From contig NZ_JAUSKL010000027.1 of assembly GCF_030646925.1 (NCBI RefSeq), forward strand, positions 1,119-65,118: a stretch of DNA of 64,000 bases. The letters run 5' to 3'. This stretch comes from Candidatus Binatus sp. (lineage in GTDB: Bacteria; Desulfobacterota; Binatia; Binatales; Binataceae). Positions 9,642-19,550 of the stretch are shown here, in pieces. A program made the position numbers and the translations under genes. How positions within the stretch are numbered: the stretch's first letter is position 1; every line of letters begins with the position of its first letter. The notes beneath the pieces are model-generated. The model was not told where the DNA came from, did not search any database, and was given only the letters and a program-made list of their open reading frames with translations.

Positions 9642-9875
9642 GAAGTCGGGTCGTCACCCCCGCGGCCCCTTTGTGACCAAAGAGCCCATCATGTTCGCGC
9701 GCGGCAGCGATAATTTATTCGCGGAAATTGGGTTGCCATTTGTCGTTTCATGGCGTTTCGTGATGTGTTGAGCAGCCGACAAACAAAAGACCGGGCATGC
9801 AAAGGGCCGCAACACCAAGTCGTTATAGAGAGATAAACGTCGCCGTCGAGGCGAAAGAGGAAAGCGGCGCCTAGT

Positions 9876-12554
9876 ATGCTCGAATTAACTTTACGGGATG
9901 AGTTCAAGGGGGAACGCCTCAAAGGGACAACTATCGACTTCTCAGCCGATAAGCCGACAAGCGCCCTCCAAAGGTCGACGGCCGAGTTCCTGAGCATCAC
10001 CTATCCGTCCGTTGACCTCCTGCGCGTGTTCGAGGCGACGCAGCCGGACAAATCGCACCCCGTTGTGCTGTTGGGCGCGCGCGGTCAGGGCAAATCGCAC
10101 TTGATGGCTGCGCTCTGGCACGCAATCAAAGACCCGGCTGAGGCGACCAAGTGGCTGGCGAATTGGGCCGCGAAGTTGAACCGTCCGGAATTGAAGACCC
10201 TCAAGTTCCGCACCGATTTTTGCGTCATTGCTGAAAGCCTCCACCAGCAACGATTTAAGTTCTTGTGGGAGATCCTGTTTGACCGGCATCCGCAAGGCCA
10301 ACTCGTCAAAGGAAAATGGCTTGGCAAAGGCGATGCCAGGACCAACGTGCCCAGCATCGACCTGCTCCTTGAGATGTTTAAGGCGCAGCCAACCGTACTA
10401 CTGCTCGACGAGTTCCAGACGTGGTTTGATGGATTGAGCGATAGTCCAAAGGCGAAAACCCAAACTTGGGCGTTTAACTTCATCCAACTGCTCTCCGAAA
10501 TCGCGAATGACCATCCCGAACTGCTCGTATTCGTCGCCTCCATCCGCGACAATCAGTCGCAGGCATATCAGCAAATTCACCGCATCAATCCGGTGCTCGT
10601 CGATTTTCAAGGCACTCACGCCAAGCAAGATCGTCAGCGCCTTCTACTTTACCGGATTTTCGAGAATCGGCTGAACGTCCCTGGCGGGCAAATCAAGGCT
10701 CTCATCGAGCCGCATCTCTGGGAATACGTTCGTCTCGCGGAAATTCCTCCGTCGCAGCACGAAGCGAAGCGAAGCGAATTCGCGGAGGCGTGGCCCTACT
10801 CGCCCGTGCTGATGCGCTTGCTTGAAGACCAAGTGCTCGTCGCCACCGAAGCGCAAGAAACTCGCGATCTCATCCGCATCCTGGTTGACTTGTTCAAAAC
10901 CCGTGGCGAAAAGTCACCGGTCATCACCGCAGCAGACTTTGACATCAGCAGCGACAAAGGTAGCGTGACTTCGCTTTTGAGTTCTGTGGCCAATCAACTC
11001 CACAGGACACTGCTTGAAAAAGCGCGGCGCAACCTTGAGGCGGTCCGCATTGCGGTCCAAGACCCTGACAAGAATATTCCACACTCCTCGGACATTATCA
11101 GTGCGCTTTGGCTCCGTTCCTTAAGCGTTGATAGAATCAACGGCGCCGCACCTGCCGAATTGCAGTCCGACATCACTCGCAATGAGGCCATCGACGACAA
11201 CACGTTCGCTGCCGAGATGGCGCTCATCCGCGAGAACAGCTTCAACATCCACCCGGTTGGCAACCGTCTCGTGTTCAGGGAAGAGGAGAATGCCGAAGGC
11301 AAGCTGCTGGCTCACGCGAAGAATGACAAGCTGTTCGAGAGCAATCAGGACATCGAGCAGCTCGCGGCGGAAGTCCGCTACGTGATCGGCGGCAGCGAGG
11401 AAGTCTCCCGCAAGTTCCGCGTGGTGGTGCTCAGAAAGAATTGGCAAAGTGACCCGTGGACGGAACTCCCGGAGAACGAGCGACCTGATCGATGGGATGG
11501 TCGTCTGACTCTCATCGCACTGCCGGAGAATCTTGACAATGTCGAGGCGATCCTCGGCGCGTGGCTAAAGCGACATCTTCCCCAACGCCGCAACACGCTC
11601 CGGTTCCTCCTGCCGAAGAAAGCGTCCGCAAACATCTATTTCGACCGCGACCTGATTGTGTATGCGCGAGGCATCTATCTGGCGAACCAATGGAAGGACA
11701 CTGACTCAGCGTTTCGCCCGCTGTACACGACCTACCAGAATTCTCATCTTCGCCCACGGCTCAAAGACTTGTTCGACACTTTTGCTATCCTCGATGTCTG
11801 GAACTTCGTGCAGCCAGAGCAGTGCCGTTTCCTTATAGAGAAGCACAACGCCATCGGCGACAAGATTCCAAAGGCCATAGACGAGAAGATTGTGAACGAA
11901 CTGTTCATCGCGGAAGACTTCGAAGCCGCGGCGCTGGCGCACGCCACCGCCAGTTCGTCGCTCGCTAAGTTCATGGGTGATCTTCAAGAGCCAAGCATCG
12001 ACGGCAAGCACTGCATTCCTTGGCTCGGTGAAGTGGCGACGAAAGAAAAGGTTCTCCATCTTTGCGCCGATGGAAAGCTCTCGATCAACTTGCGTGGTCT
12101 GGAACTCCTTCAAGCACAGCCCGGCGAACCGGAAGACGCTGCGTGGATACGCATCAAGGGCAAGCTCGGTTCGGGCAAGGAGCTTGAGCAAACCATCCTA
12201 CAAGTACCCGGTGCTTATCCCCAGAGTGGAGGTACGATGCCGTTTCAATTGACTCCGACAACTCAACAGCCACCGACAACGGCATCGGTGCCCGGAGTTG
12301 TTCCGCCGTCCAAAATATTCGGCGACGATTCGTTGGCTTCTACTACGCCGATACTCAAACCGTTCGGTACTCCACCAAAGACTCCGATGAACCTGCTTGG
12401 CGAAGTTGAGAAATGGGGTATCAGTCCAGCGACCAGCGTGACCAACGTGAACATTAACGTCTCTCAAATGACCGGCGCGCAACTGACCGATTTGCTCAAG
12501 AAGCTCCCGGATGGCGGAATGTTTTCGCTGACCCTGGAGAAGCAAACGCAATGA
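9876..12554 (+). CDS. DUF499/BrxC(PglY)-like P-loop ATPase
   Basis: 892-aa ORF. The N-terminus, FLSITYPSVDLLRVFEAT...VVLLGARGQGKSHLMAALWHA, matches the DUF499 pattern (TYPT..L..., Walker A, ..LAL.H). Walker B is TVLLLDEFQTW. GC is lower than in the flanks. The stop overlaps the next ATG (ATGA). Confidence 0.75.
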   Translation: MLELTLRDEFKGERLKGTTIDFSADKPTSALQRSTAEFLSITYPSVDLLRVFEATQPDKSHPVVLLGARGQGKSHLMAALWHAIKDPAEATKWLANWAAKLNRPELKTLKFRTDFCVIAESLHQQRFKFLWEILFDRHPQGQLVKGKWLGKGDARTNVPSIDLLLEMFKAQPTVLLLDEFQTWFDGLSDSPKAKTQTWAFNFIQLLSEIANDHPELLVFVASIRDNQSQAYQQIHRINPVLVDFQGTHAKQDRQRLLLYRIFENRLNVPGGQIKALIEPHLWEYVRLAEIPPSQHEAKRSEFAEAWPYSPVLMRLLEDQVLVATEAQETRDLIRILVDLFKTRGEKSPVITAADFDISSDKGSVTSLLSSVANQLHRTLLEKARRNLEAVRIAVQDPDKNIPHSSDIISALWLRSLSVDRINGAAPAELQSDITRNEAIDDNTFAAEMALIRENSFNIHPVGNRLVFREEENAEGKLLAHAKNDKLFESNQDIEQLAAEVRYVIGGSEEVSRKFRVVVLRKNWQSDPWTELPENERPDRWDGRLTLIALPENLDNVEAILGAWLKRHLPQRRNTLRFLLPKKASANIYFDRDLIVYARGIYLANQWKDTDSAFRPLYTTYQNSHLRPRLKDLFDTFAILDVWNFVQPEQCRFLIEKHNAIGDKIPKAIDEKIVNELFIAEDFEAAALAHATASSSLAKFMGDLQEPSIDGKHCIPWLGEVATKEKVLHLCADGKLSINLRGLELLQAQPGEPEDAAWIRIKGKLGSGKELEQTILQVPGAYPQSGGTMPFQLTPTTQQPPTTASVPGVVPPSKIFGDDSLASTTPILKPFGTPPKTPMNLLGEVEKWGISPATSVTNVNINVSQMTGAQLTDLLKKLPDGGMFSLTLEKQTQ

Positions 12555-13129
12555 CGGCTGACCGCGATCCGACGCTCGATTCCATTCTTACCGCCACATC
12601 CAAGGAGGCCTGGCAGGTGATATTTGACAGGCTTTGGGAAATCTTCTCGGCCCCCCTTACCTCGCAGCATGCCGAACAGGAAGTCGCCGACCGCGAGAGT
12701 AAGGTCAGCGAAATTGAACTGCTGCTTTCCAGTTCCGCATGGGAACTCTGGCGCGAATTTGAAAGCTCCGTGCCGCGCACCGCGCAATCCGTCATCGACT
12801 TCTGGAACAGCGCCACCAGCGGCAAGGCCGTTTTGATCCTTGACGGGTTGTCGCTGCGTGAGTCGCCGTGGCTGCTGCAAGAAGCCGAGCGACGCGGCTA
12901 CCACATTCAGCAGGCCGGCGCGCGCGGCTCGGAAATTCCGAGCGAGACCAGACCCTTCGCCAGGGCGCTGGGGTTCGGACAACGGTCGTCGATCGAAAAT
13001 AACGGCGCGGGGATGGCGCACCTTCTTCCGGGCGCACGCACGGAAAGTTTGAATGTCGCGTGGGACTACTGCCACGACTGGATCGCATCCGCGCCAGCCA
13101 TCGTGCTTTGGCATCATTGGCCCGCAGGT
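12551..13129 (+). pseudogene. PglZ-like (alkaline-phosphatase superfamily) gene, 3'-truncated
   Basis: GKAVLILDGLSLRESPWLL and SEIPSETRPFARALGFG resemble the PglZ metal-ligand Asp and the PS.T nucleophile region. After about 190 aa the frame continues as the antisense of coxG and is meaningless. Full PglZ proteins are several hundred aa longer. Confidence 0.55.
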
Positions 13130-13501
13130 CAAGCGCTGACCAACCTGCATCAGCGGGCCGCCGATTTGTACATCGCCGGCGTATTTCACAATCGTGGTGC
13201 GAGGATCTTTTGCCTCGAGGTCGAGCGTTCCCGAGCCGCGAATGAAACCCTGCTTGCCCTTGCCGTCCAGGAGCATCTTGTAGTGCTCGGGGGGGCGTTT
13301 TTCTTCGAGCTTGAGATTCCCCGCGTAGGTTCCCTTGACGGCCGCGATTCCGACGTTGATGGCGCCGGCGAATTGATCGGGGCCAAGGATCTCGAGCTTT
13401 TCGCATCCGGGGATAAGCCGCGACAGCCGCTCGGGATCGTTGAGAAGTTCCCACACCCGTTGGCGCGGGGCGGGAAGAGTGGTTTCACCAGCCAGCTTCA
13501 T
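13130..13501 (-). pseudogene. coxG: CoxG-like (SRPBCC) carbon monoxide dehydrogenase subunit G, 3'-truncated
   Basis: MKLAGETTLPAPRQRVWELLNDPERLSRLIPGCEKLEILGPDQFAG...KYAGDVQIGGPLMQVGQRL is a typical CoxG core. Similarity ends after about 124 aa. The ORF then runs 220 codons through the antisense of the PglZ-like gene. Confidence 0.7.
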
Positions 13502-13545
13502 CGCAGATTCATGTAGTCCCGGTGCGAGCGATCAATCGCGACGAG

Positions 13546-14413
13546 TCAGGCTTTCGCGCGGGCGACCGCCAGCTCGAGTGCGCGGCGAGTATAAACCCGC
13601 GCGAGTTCGGCGCGGAAATCCGCCGCCGCGTGAATGTCGGCGAGCGCATCGACACCGTCGGCCGCGTGCGATGCGGCCGTTGCGATCGCGGCCGCAGGTT
13701 TGCCTGCGAGCGCCGTTTCGACTGCCGTGGCGCGAAACGCCTTCGAGGCCAGGCCGGTGATACCGACCCGCACTCGGGCGCAATTTCCCTGGGCGTCGAG
13801 CGCGACTACTGCGGCGACGCCGACCAGCGCGAATCCGGAAGCAGGTTGGCGATGCTTCAAATAAGCTGCGCCGGCGCCGGCTGGAAGCGGCGCGACCGAA
13901 ACGCCGGTCAGAATCTCGCCGTGCTGAACGGCCGTGGTCATGAGTGAGATCGACAAAGAAGTCCTCTGCCTTAATCGTGCGCGTGCCGCGGGCACCTTCC
14001 ACGCGGATTTCCGCCTCGAGCGCCAGGATTGCCGCCGGATAGTCCGCGGCAGGATCCGAATGGGCCAGGCTGCCGCCAATGGTGCCCCGGTTGCGGACTT
14101 GCACGTCTCCGATCAGCGCGGCGCACTCCGATAGCATCGCGAGCTTGCCCTTGACGAGCCCCGAGGATTCGACCTGGTGATGCGTGGCCAGGCCGCCGAT
14201 CACAATCCTGCCGCCTTCCTCCTTAATCTCGGCCAGGCCGGTGACGGCGCCGATATCGATGAGATACGCCGGCTGCGCCAGCCGCAGTTTCATCATCGGG
14301 ATAAGACTGTGACCGCCGGCGAGCAACTTGGCATCGTCGCCGAACTGCGAGAGCATCGCGAGCGCATCCTTGACGGAGGAGGCGCGGTGATATTCGAATG
14401 AGGCAGGAAACAT
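13546..14413 (-). pseudogene. coxM: CoxM-like FAD-binding medium subunit of a molybdenum hydroxylase, frameshifted
   Basis: The N-terminal part (ORF 13532..14413) reads MFPASFEYHRASSVKDALAML...KLLAGGHSLIPMMKLRLA...IKAEDFFVDL. The continuation, MTTAVQHGEILTGVSV...AAADFRAELARVYTRRALELA, lies in ORF 13546..14079. The frames switch near 13945. Confidence 0.8.
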
Positions 14414-14417
14414 CGGG

Positions 14418-16760
14418 TTACACCTTTCCTCCGGACTGCTTGGCGTCCCGGATCGCGCGCCACACTCGCTCCGGCTTCAGCGGCATGTCGAGCGAGCGGA
14501 TGCCCAGGGGCTTGAGCGCGTCGAGCACCGCCTTGACGACGCACGGGGTCGAGCCAATCGTGCCGGCCTCACCCACCCCTTTGACGCCCAGGATATTGAC
14601 CGGTGACGGCGTGACCGTGGGCTCGAGCTCATAGTGCGGCAGCATGTTGGCCTTGGGCACCGCGTAGTCCATCAGCGATGCGGTGATGAGCTGACCGTTC
14701 TCGTCGTACACGACTTCTTCGTAGAGCGCTTGCGCGATTCCCTGGGCGATTCCGCCGTGGATCTGGCCCTCGACCAGCAGCGGACTGATTATCTTGCCGC
14801 AATCGTCAACTGCGACGTAGCGCAGGAACTGGACGACGCCGGTTTCCGGATCAACCTCGACTACGGCGACATGCGTGCCGAACGGGAACGTGCAGGCCGA
14901 CGGTTCGTAAAAACTGGTCGCATCGAGGCCCGGTTCGACGCCGGGGATCGGCTGCTTGTAACCGTAGGCGGCATCCACCACCTGTTGCAGCGGAATCGAC
15001 TTCGATGCGTCGCCCACCATCGCGATCGTCCGGTTGACGAAGGTGAGCTGGTCGGGTCCTCCATCATCGTGGAAGCGATCTTCTTGATCTTGTCCTGCAG
15101 CTTGGCCACCGTCATCATCAGCGCCGGACCGCCTACGGTGGTGCCGCGGCTGCCGAAGGTCCCGATGCCGTACTGCACCATCGCGGTATCGCCGTGGACA
15201 ACATTGATGTCGTCGATGTCGATGCCCAAGGCGTCGGCCACGAGTTGCGCGAAGGTCGTTTCCTGACCCTGGCCGTGCGGGGAAATGCCGGTGAGCACGG
15301 TCACCTTGCTGTCTGGCTCGATCCGGACCGTCGCGCTTTCCCATCCGCCGCCTTTGAGCCTGGGTGGCAGCAGCGAGGAGGGGCCGAGCCCGCAAATCTC
15401 GACGTAGGAAGCCATCCCGACGCCAATGTAGCGGCCCTGCTTGAGCGCCTCGGCCTGCTCGGCGCGCACCCGCTTGTAGTCAACAATCTCGAGCGCCTTG
15501 CTGAGGGTGAGTTCGTAGTCGCCCGAATCGTAAACGAGTCCGCCGGCGGTCGGGGCCGGGAACGCTTCCTTGGGTATGAAGTTCTTGCGCCGCACCGCGG
15601 CCGGATCGAGGCCGAACTCGCCCGCGACCATGTCCATCGTGCGCTCGGCGATATAGGCGGCCTCGGGGCGTCCCGCGCCGCGATACGCGTCGGTCGCCAT
15701 CTTGTTGGTGAAGACCATCTGTTGCTCGAACGCGAGCGCTGGAATCTTGTAGCAGCCCGTCATCATCAGGCCCGAGAAGCCGGGGATTATCGGCGTTAGC
15801 AGGTGCAGGTAAGCGCCCATGTCGCAAATGAACCTGGCCTTGAGCGCGAGCACGGTGCCGTCCTTCTGCGCGGCGACCTCGAGATACGTGATCTGATCGC
15901 GCCCGTGCGTGGTGCCAGAGAGGTTCTCGCGGCGGCGCTCGATCCACTTAACTGGCTTGTTAAGCGCCATCGCGAGGTAGGCGACCAACGCTTCTTCACT
16001 GTAAACATTGAGTTTGCATCCGAAGCCGCCGCCGACTTCAGGTGCGATCACGCGAATCTTGTTCTCACCCACCTTGAGCATCTCGGCGAGTTGCGAGCGC
16101 AGCAGATGGGGGATTTGCGTTGACGACCAGACCGTCAATTGCTTGTAGCCGGCTTCCCACCTGGCGACGACGCCACGCGGCTCCATCGGCACCGGCGCGA
16201 GCCGCTGATTCACGATGCGGAATTTGATCACCTTGTCGGCCTTGCGCATCGCCTCGTCCACCGCAGGGTTCGGGACCTGCGCCAAGGTGACCGAATTGGT
16301 GCCGAGTTCGTCATGGATGATCGGGGTGCCGGGCTCGAGCGCCTTTTCGGGATCGACGATGGCGTCCAGCGGCTCGTAATCAACGTCGATGAGATCGATT
16401 GCGTCCTGCGCGATGTATGAATCCGCCGCGATCACGACCGCGACGCCCTCGCCTACGTAGCGTACCTTGCCCTGGGCCAGCACCAAACGGAATGCGCTCG
16501 ATCACTGCGACGCACGGCAGCGAGCCGATCTTGTCTTTGAAGTCATCTCCGGACATCACCGCGACGACGCCCTTGAGAGCGCGCGCCTTGGCGAGGTCGG
16601 TCGAATTGATTTTCGCATGCGCATACGGGCTGCGCAGGATCATCGCGGTAAGCATCCCGGGGAGCCGCAGGTCATCGACGTAGATGCCTTGTCCAGAAAC
16701 CAGGCGCGGATCTTCACGCCGCTTGATTCGCTCGCCCACGAATTTCGGAATGACGGCCAT
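14418..16760 (-). pseudogene. coxL: CoxL-like molybdopterin large subunit (form II, AYRGAGR motif), two frameshifts
   Basis: Three consecutive pieces lie in different frames (16380..16760, 14861..16486, 14418..15395). They read through MAVIPKFVGERIKRREDPRLVSGQG... / LAQGKVRYVGEGVAVV...ATDAYRGAGRPEAAY... / ...GVKGVGEAGTIGSTPCVV. The frames switch near 16490 and 15062. Confidence 0.85.
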
Positions 16761-16781
16761 CGCTCTCTCCTTGGAAATCGT

Positions 16782-17257
16782 TCAAGCGCGCTCGCTGGAA
16801 CGCATCTTTTCAGCGGCGTACTGGATCGCCTTGATGATGTGCTGGTAGCCGGTGCATCGACACAGGTTGCCCTCGAGCGCCTCGCGGATTTGCGCCTCAG
16901 TCGGGTTCGGGTTTCGGCTCAAGAGATCCGTCGCCGTCATGATCATGCCGGGTGTGAATAGCCGCATTGAAGGCCGTGCTCCTCCCAGAAGCCTTCCTGA
17001 ATAGGATTCATCTTGCCGTTTTTGGCGAGGCCCTCGACAGTCGTGATTTGGCTGCCTTCAGCCTGCACGGCGAGTGTGGTGCACGACTTGACCGCTTGCC
17101 CATTGATCAGCACCGTGCATGCGCCGCACAGCGAGGTCTCGCATCCGACATGGGTGCCGGTCAGTTGCGCGACATCGCGGAGGTAGTGCACGAGCAGCAT
17201 GCGCGGGTCGATGTCGTCATCGTGGCGCTCGCCGTTGATCGTGACAGTTAGCTGCAT
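16782..17257 (-). pseudogene. coxS: CoxS-like [2Fe-2S] small subunit, frameshifted
   Basis: ORF 16943..17257 ends ...EEHGLQCGY|SHPA and ORF 16782..16967 continues (R)[14 protein letters not shown]...CRCTGYQHI. The expected sequence GLQCGYCTPGMIM is restored by adding one G near 16957. Confidence 0.85.
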
Positions 17258-17431
17258 AGTTATGTCGCTCCTGAGGATAATGTTGGCCCGTTCCGGGTAA
17301 ACATTCGCTGCCCAGCCTCGCCGTCGGTAAGAGTTCTCCTCTGACCTGTTCGGCGAACGGTCGAGATCTAACCGAACGCGGCTCGGCCCGTAGCGCGGGC
17401 GGGCCGCATCCGGAAAGCTTGATCGTAACTA

Positions 17432-18447
17432 TCAGGTCAAGCCGAATACCAGCCGAGCCCGGACGCGACCTTCCTCGACTTCCGCGAACGATTCGTTGAC
17501 CTGCTCGAGTTTGCGCTTCTCATAGATAACCTTGGTCATTCCGGCGGCCTGCAACTCGAACGTCTCCGCGAGGTCAACCCGCGTGCCGACGACCGAGCCG
17601 GCAATCGAGATCGCGTTGAGCACCGTCTCGAAGATTGGAATCTGGACCGAGTTCTCAGCCGGCAGTCCGACGAACACCAATCTGCCGCCGCGGCGCAGTT
17701 CCCTTGTATGCGCTGTCATATGTCGAGGGCGAAACCGCGACCACAATTGCGGAATCGGCGCCGCCGAGCTTCTTGAGCGCCTCCGCGGCATCCTCCTTGC
17801 GCGCATTGATCGTGTAACGCGCGCCGAGTTCCTTGGCGAGTTCGAGCTTGTCGTCGAGAACATCCACCGCGACGACCGTCGCCCCGGCAATCCGCGCATA
17901 CTGAAGCGCCAGATGTCCCAGTCCGCTGATACCGAAAATGGCAACCAGGTCGGACGATCGCGCGCCGGCCACCTTGACGGCCTTGTAGGTCGTAACGCCA
18001 GCGCAGGTGAGCGGCGCCGCCGCAAAAGGATCGACCCCCCGCGGGCACTTTGCAGACGTACTTTCCATAAGCCAGCGCGTACTCGGCGTAGCTGCCATCG
18101 ATGAAATAGCCGGTGTCTAGCTGCTGCTCGCACAGCGTCTCCCGACCTGATCCGCAGTACTCGCAGGCGCCGCACGCGTATCCCAGCCACGGAATCGCTA
18201 CGCGATCACCCTCCTTGACCTCCGAGACGCCGGCGCCGAGGCGCTCGACGATTCCGACGCCTTCATGCCCCGGCACCAGCGGCAGCTTCGGCTTGACCGG
18301 CCAGTCGCCGTGGGCCGCGTGGATGTCCGTATGGCAAAGCCCTGACGCCTCGATTTTTACCACCACCTGGCCGGGGCCAGGTTCCGGTTTTGGGAGATTC
18401 TAGATAGTCAGTGGCGCGCCGAATGTTCTAATAACCGCTGCTTTCAT
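17432..18447 (-). pseudogene. Zn-dependent alcohol dehydrogenase (AdhP-like), nonsense codon plus two frameshifts
   Basis: From ATG 18447 the gene reads MKAAVIRTFGAPLTI-TAG(18402..18400)[34 protein letters not shown].... An extra G in a G run near 18037 separates KVPAG from [18 protein letters not shown]. An extra A near 17700 separates ...DSAYK from [13 protein letters not shown].... Confidence 0.85.
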
Positions 18448-18562
18448 GCTAGGTCACCCATTTTCGCTAGGATTCGTCTCATGAGAATCAAATCACGCAA
18501 TTGCAAATTAGAAATTCTAAACAATCAATCGAACCAGGATCGATATTATGAGAGCGAGGCCG

Positions 18563-19218
18563 TTATGAGGCCCCTTGTTTCAGCACGTTGCGCGTATCCT
18601 GCGCAACGTCGGTAGTAATTAAGTCCGCGCCTTTGTACTTCTTCACGATTTTGCCGTCGGGCGCGACCAGGAAAACATAATCGAGCGCGTCCATGATTTT
18701 GGCCGGCTCCTCCTCTCTGCCCACCACCGGCAAGCCAAAGCGCCCGAGCATCCAATCGATATTGTCGGGAGAGCCGGTCAGCAGGTCCAGCGCGAGGTGT
18801 CGAGGTGCATATCTCTGGCATAGCGAGCCAGCCGCTTCGGTCCATCGAAGACCGGGTTGTAGGTTACCAGTACGAATTGAACGTTCTGCCCCTGCGCCGC
18901 TCCGAGTTCGTCTGCGACCCGATGCAGATTGTTGGTGGTAAGTTGGCACATGCCGGTGCAGGCGGTGTCGATGAAGGCGATGAGCAGGGGCTTGCCAGTC
19001 AAGGATCTGGCTTCGACCGGCTTGGCATCCTGGTTGAAGAGCACCAGCTTTGGCGAAACCCCCTGCAGCCCTGGTCCCAAGGATGGCGCGGAGTTGGTCG
19101 CGCGCCCGCCGCAGGCTGCGAATGAGACCGCAGCGGCGATCGCCAGTGCATACATCGCGTGGCGCCTGATCGAGACCGCGAACCGCGACTTCATTTGTCG
19201 AACACCTCTGACCCGCAA
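18563..19218 (-). pseudogene. SCO1/SenC-family copper chaperone, frameshifted
   Basis: ORF 18778..19218 has a lipoprotein-like N-terminus and AFIDTACTGMCQ in place of the usual CxxxC. It ends ...RYARDMHLDTSRW. The continuation DLLTGSPDNIDWMLGRFGL...YVFLVAPDGKIVKKY is in ORF 18563..18949. One G is missing near 18788. Confidence 0.7.
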
Positions 19219-19266
19219 GACTTCATGAGCGGGCGACCCGCCACTCGGAACATTGGCTGCACGACC

Positions 19267-19458
19267 TCAGGCGCTGCCGACAGCGCGAATACGGCTGCGC
19301 ATCTCGGTCTTGTGCAGCGCGGCCAGATGTTCCCGTCTGAGCGCACGCTTGGCGCAGGGATCGAAGCTGAGGCCCGGGCCGCCCCCGTGTGCCCACGCCG
19401 ATCCCGCATAGGTCGGGCTAAGCAGCAAACCAACGACCAAACTAACTCTACGGCTCAC
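19267..19458 (-). CDS. hypothetical small secreted protein
   Basis: 63-aa ORF with a signal-like N-terminus, MSRRVSLVVGLLLSPTYAGSAWAHGG, lying between the monooxygenase B subunit and SCO1. I recognise no family. Confidence 0.25.
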   Translation of the reverse strand: MSRRVSLVVGLLLSPTYAGSAWAHGGGPGLSFDPCAKRALRREHLAALHKTEMRSRIRAVGSA

Positions 19459-19550
19459 CGTCTTATCACTCTGAACCAGCTCACTGAACGCTGCCTGGAC
19501 CCGGATGCGCGCACAGCTTCGTCGGAGTCGCCGACACCGGCTTGTTGAGA

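Noticed and set aside
1490-13140. Direct repeats, att-like sites or a tRNA at the island edges
   Set aside because: Comparing about 1490-1555 with about 13100-13140 shows only trivial similarity (TGGCCC...GCAGG). No integrase or tRNA is present, so no mobile-element call is made.
12464-13501. 345-aa ORF taken as one protein
   Set aside because: Only the first 124 or so residues are CoxG-like. The remainder is the antisense of the PglZ-like and BrxC-like genes, so it is a chimeric read-through created by the deletion junction.
18440-18562. AT-rich adh upstream region with the palindrome TCTCATGAGA as an operator
   Set aside because: It is a single short palindrome upstream of a dead gene, with no second site or adjacent regulator gene to support a regulatory call.
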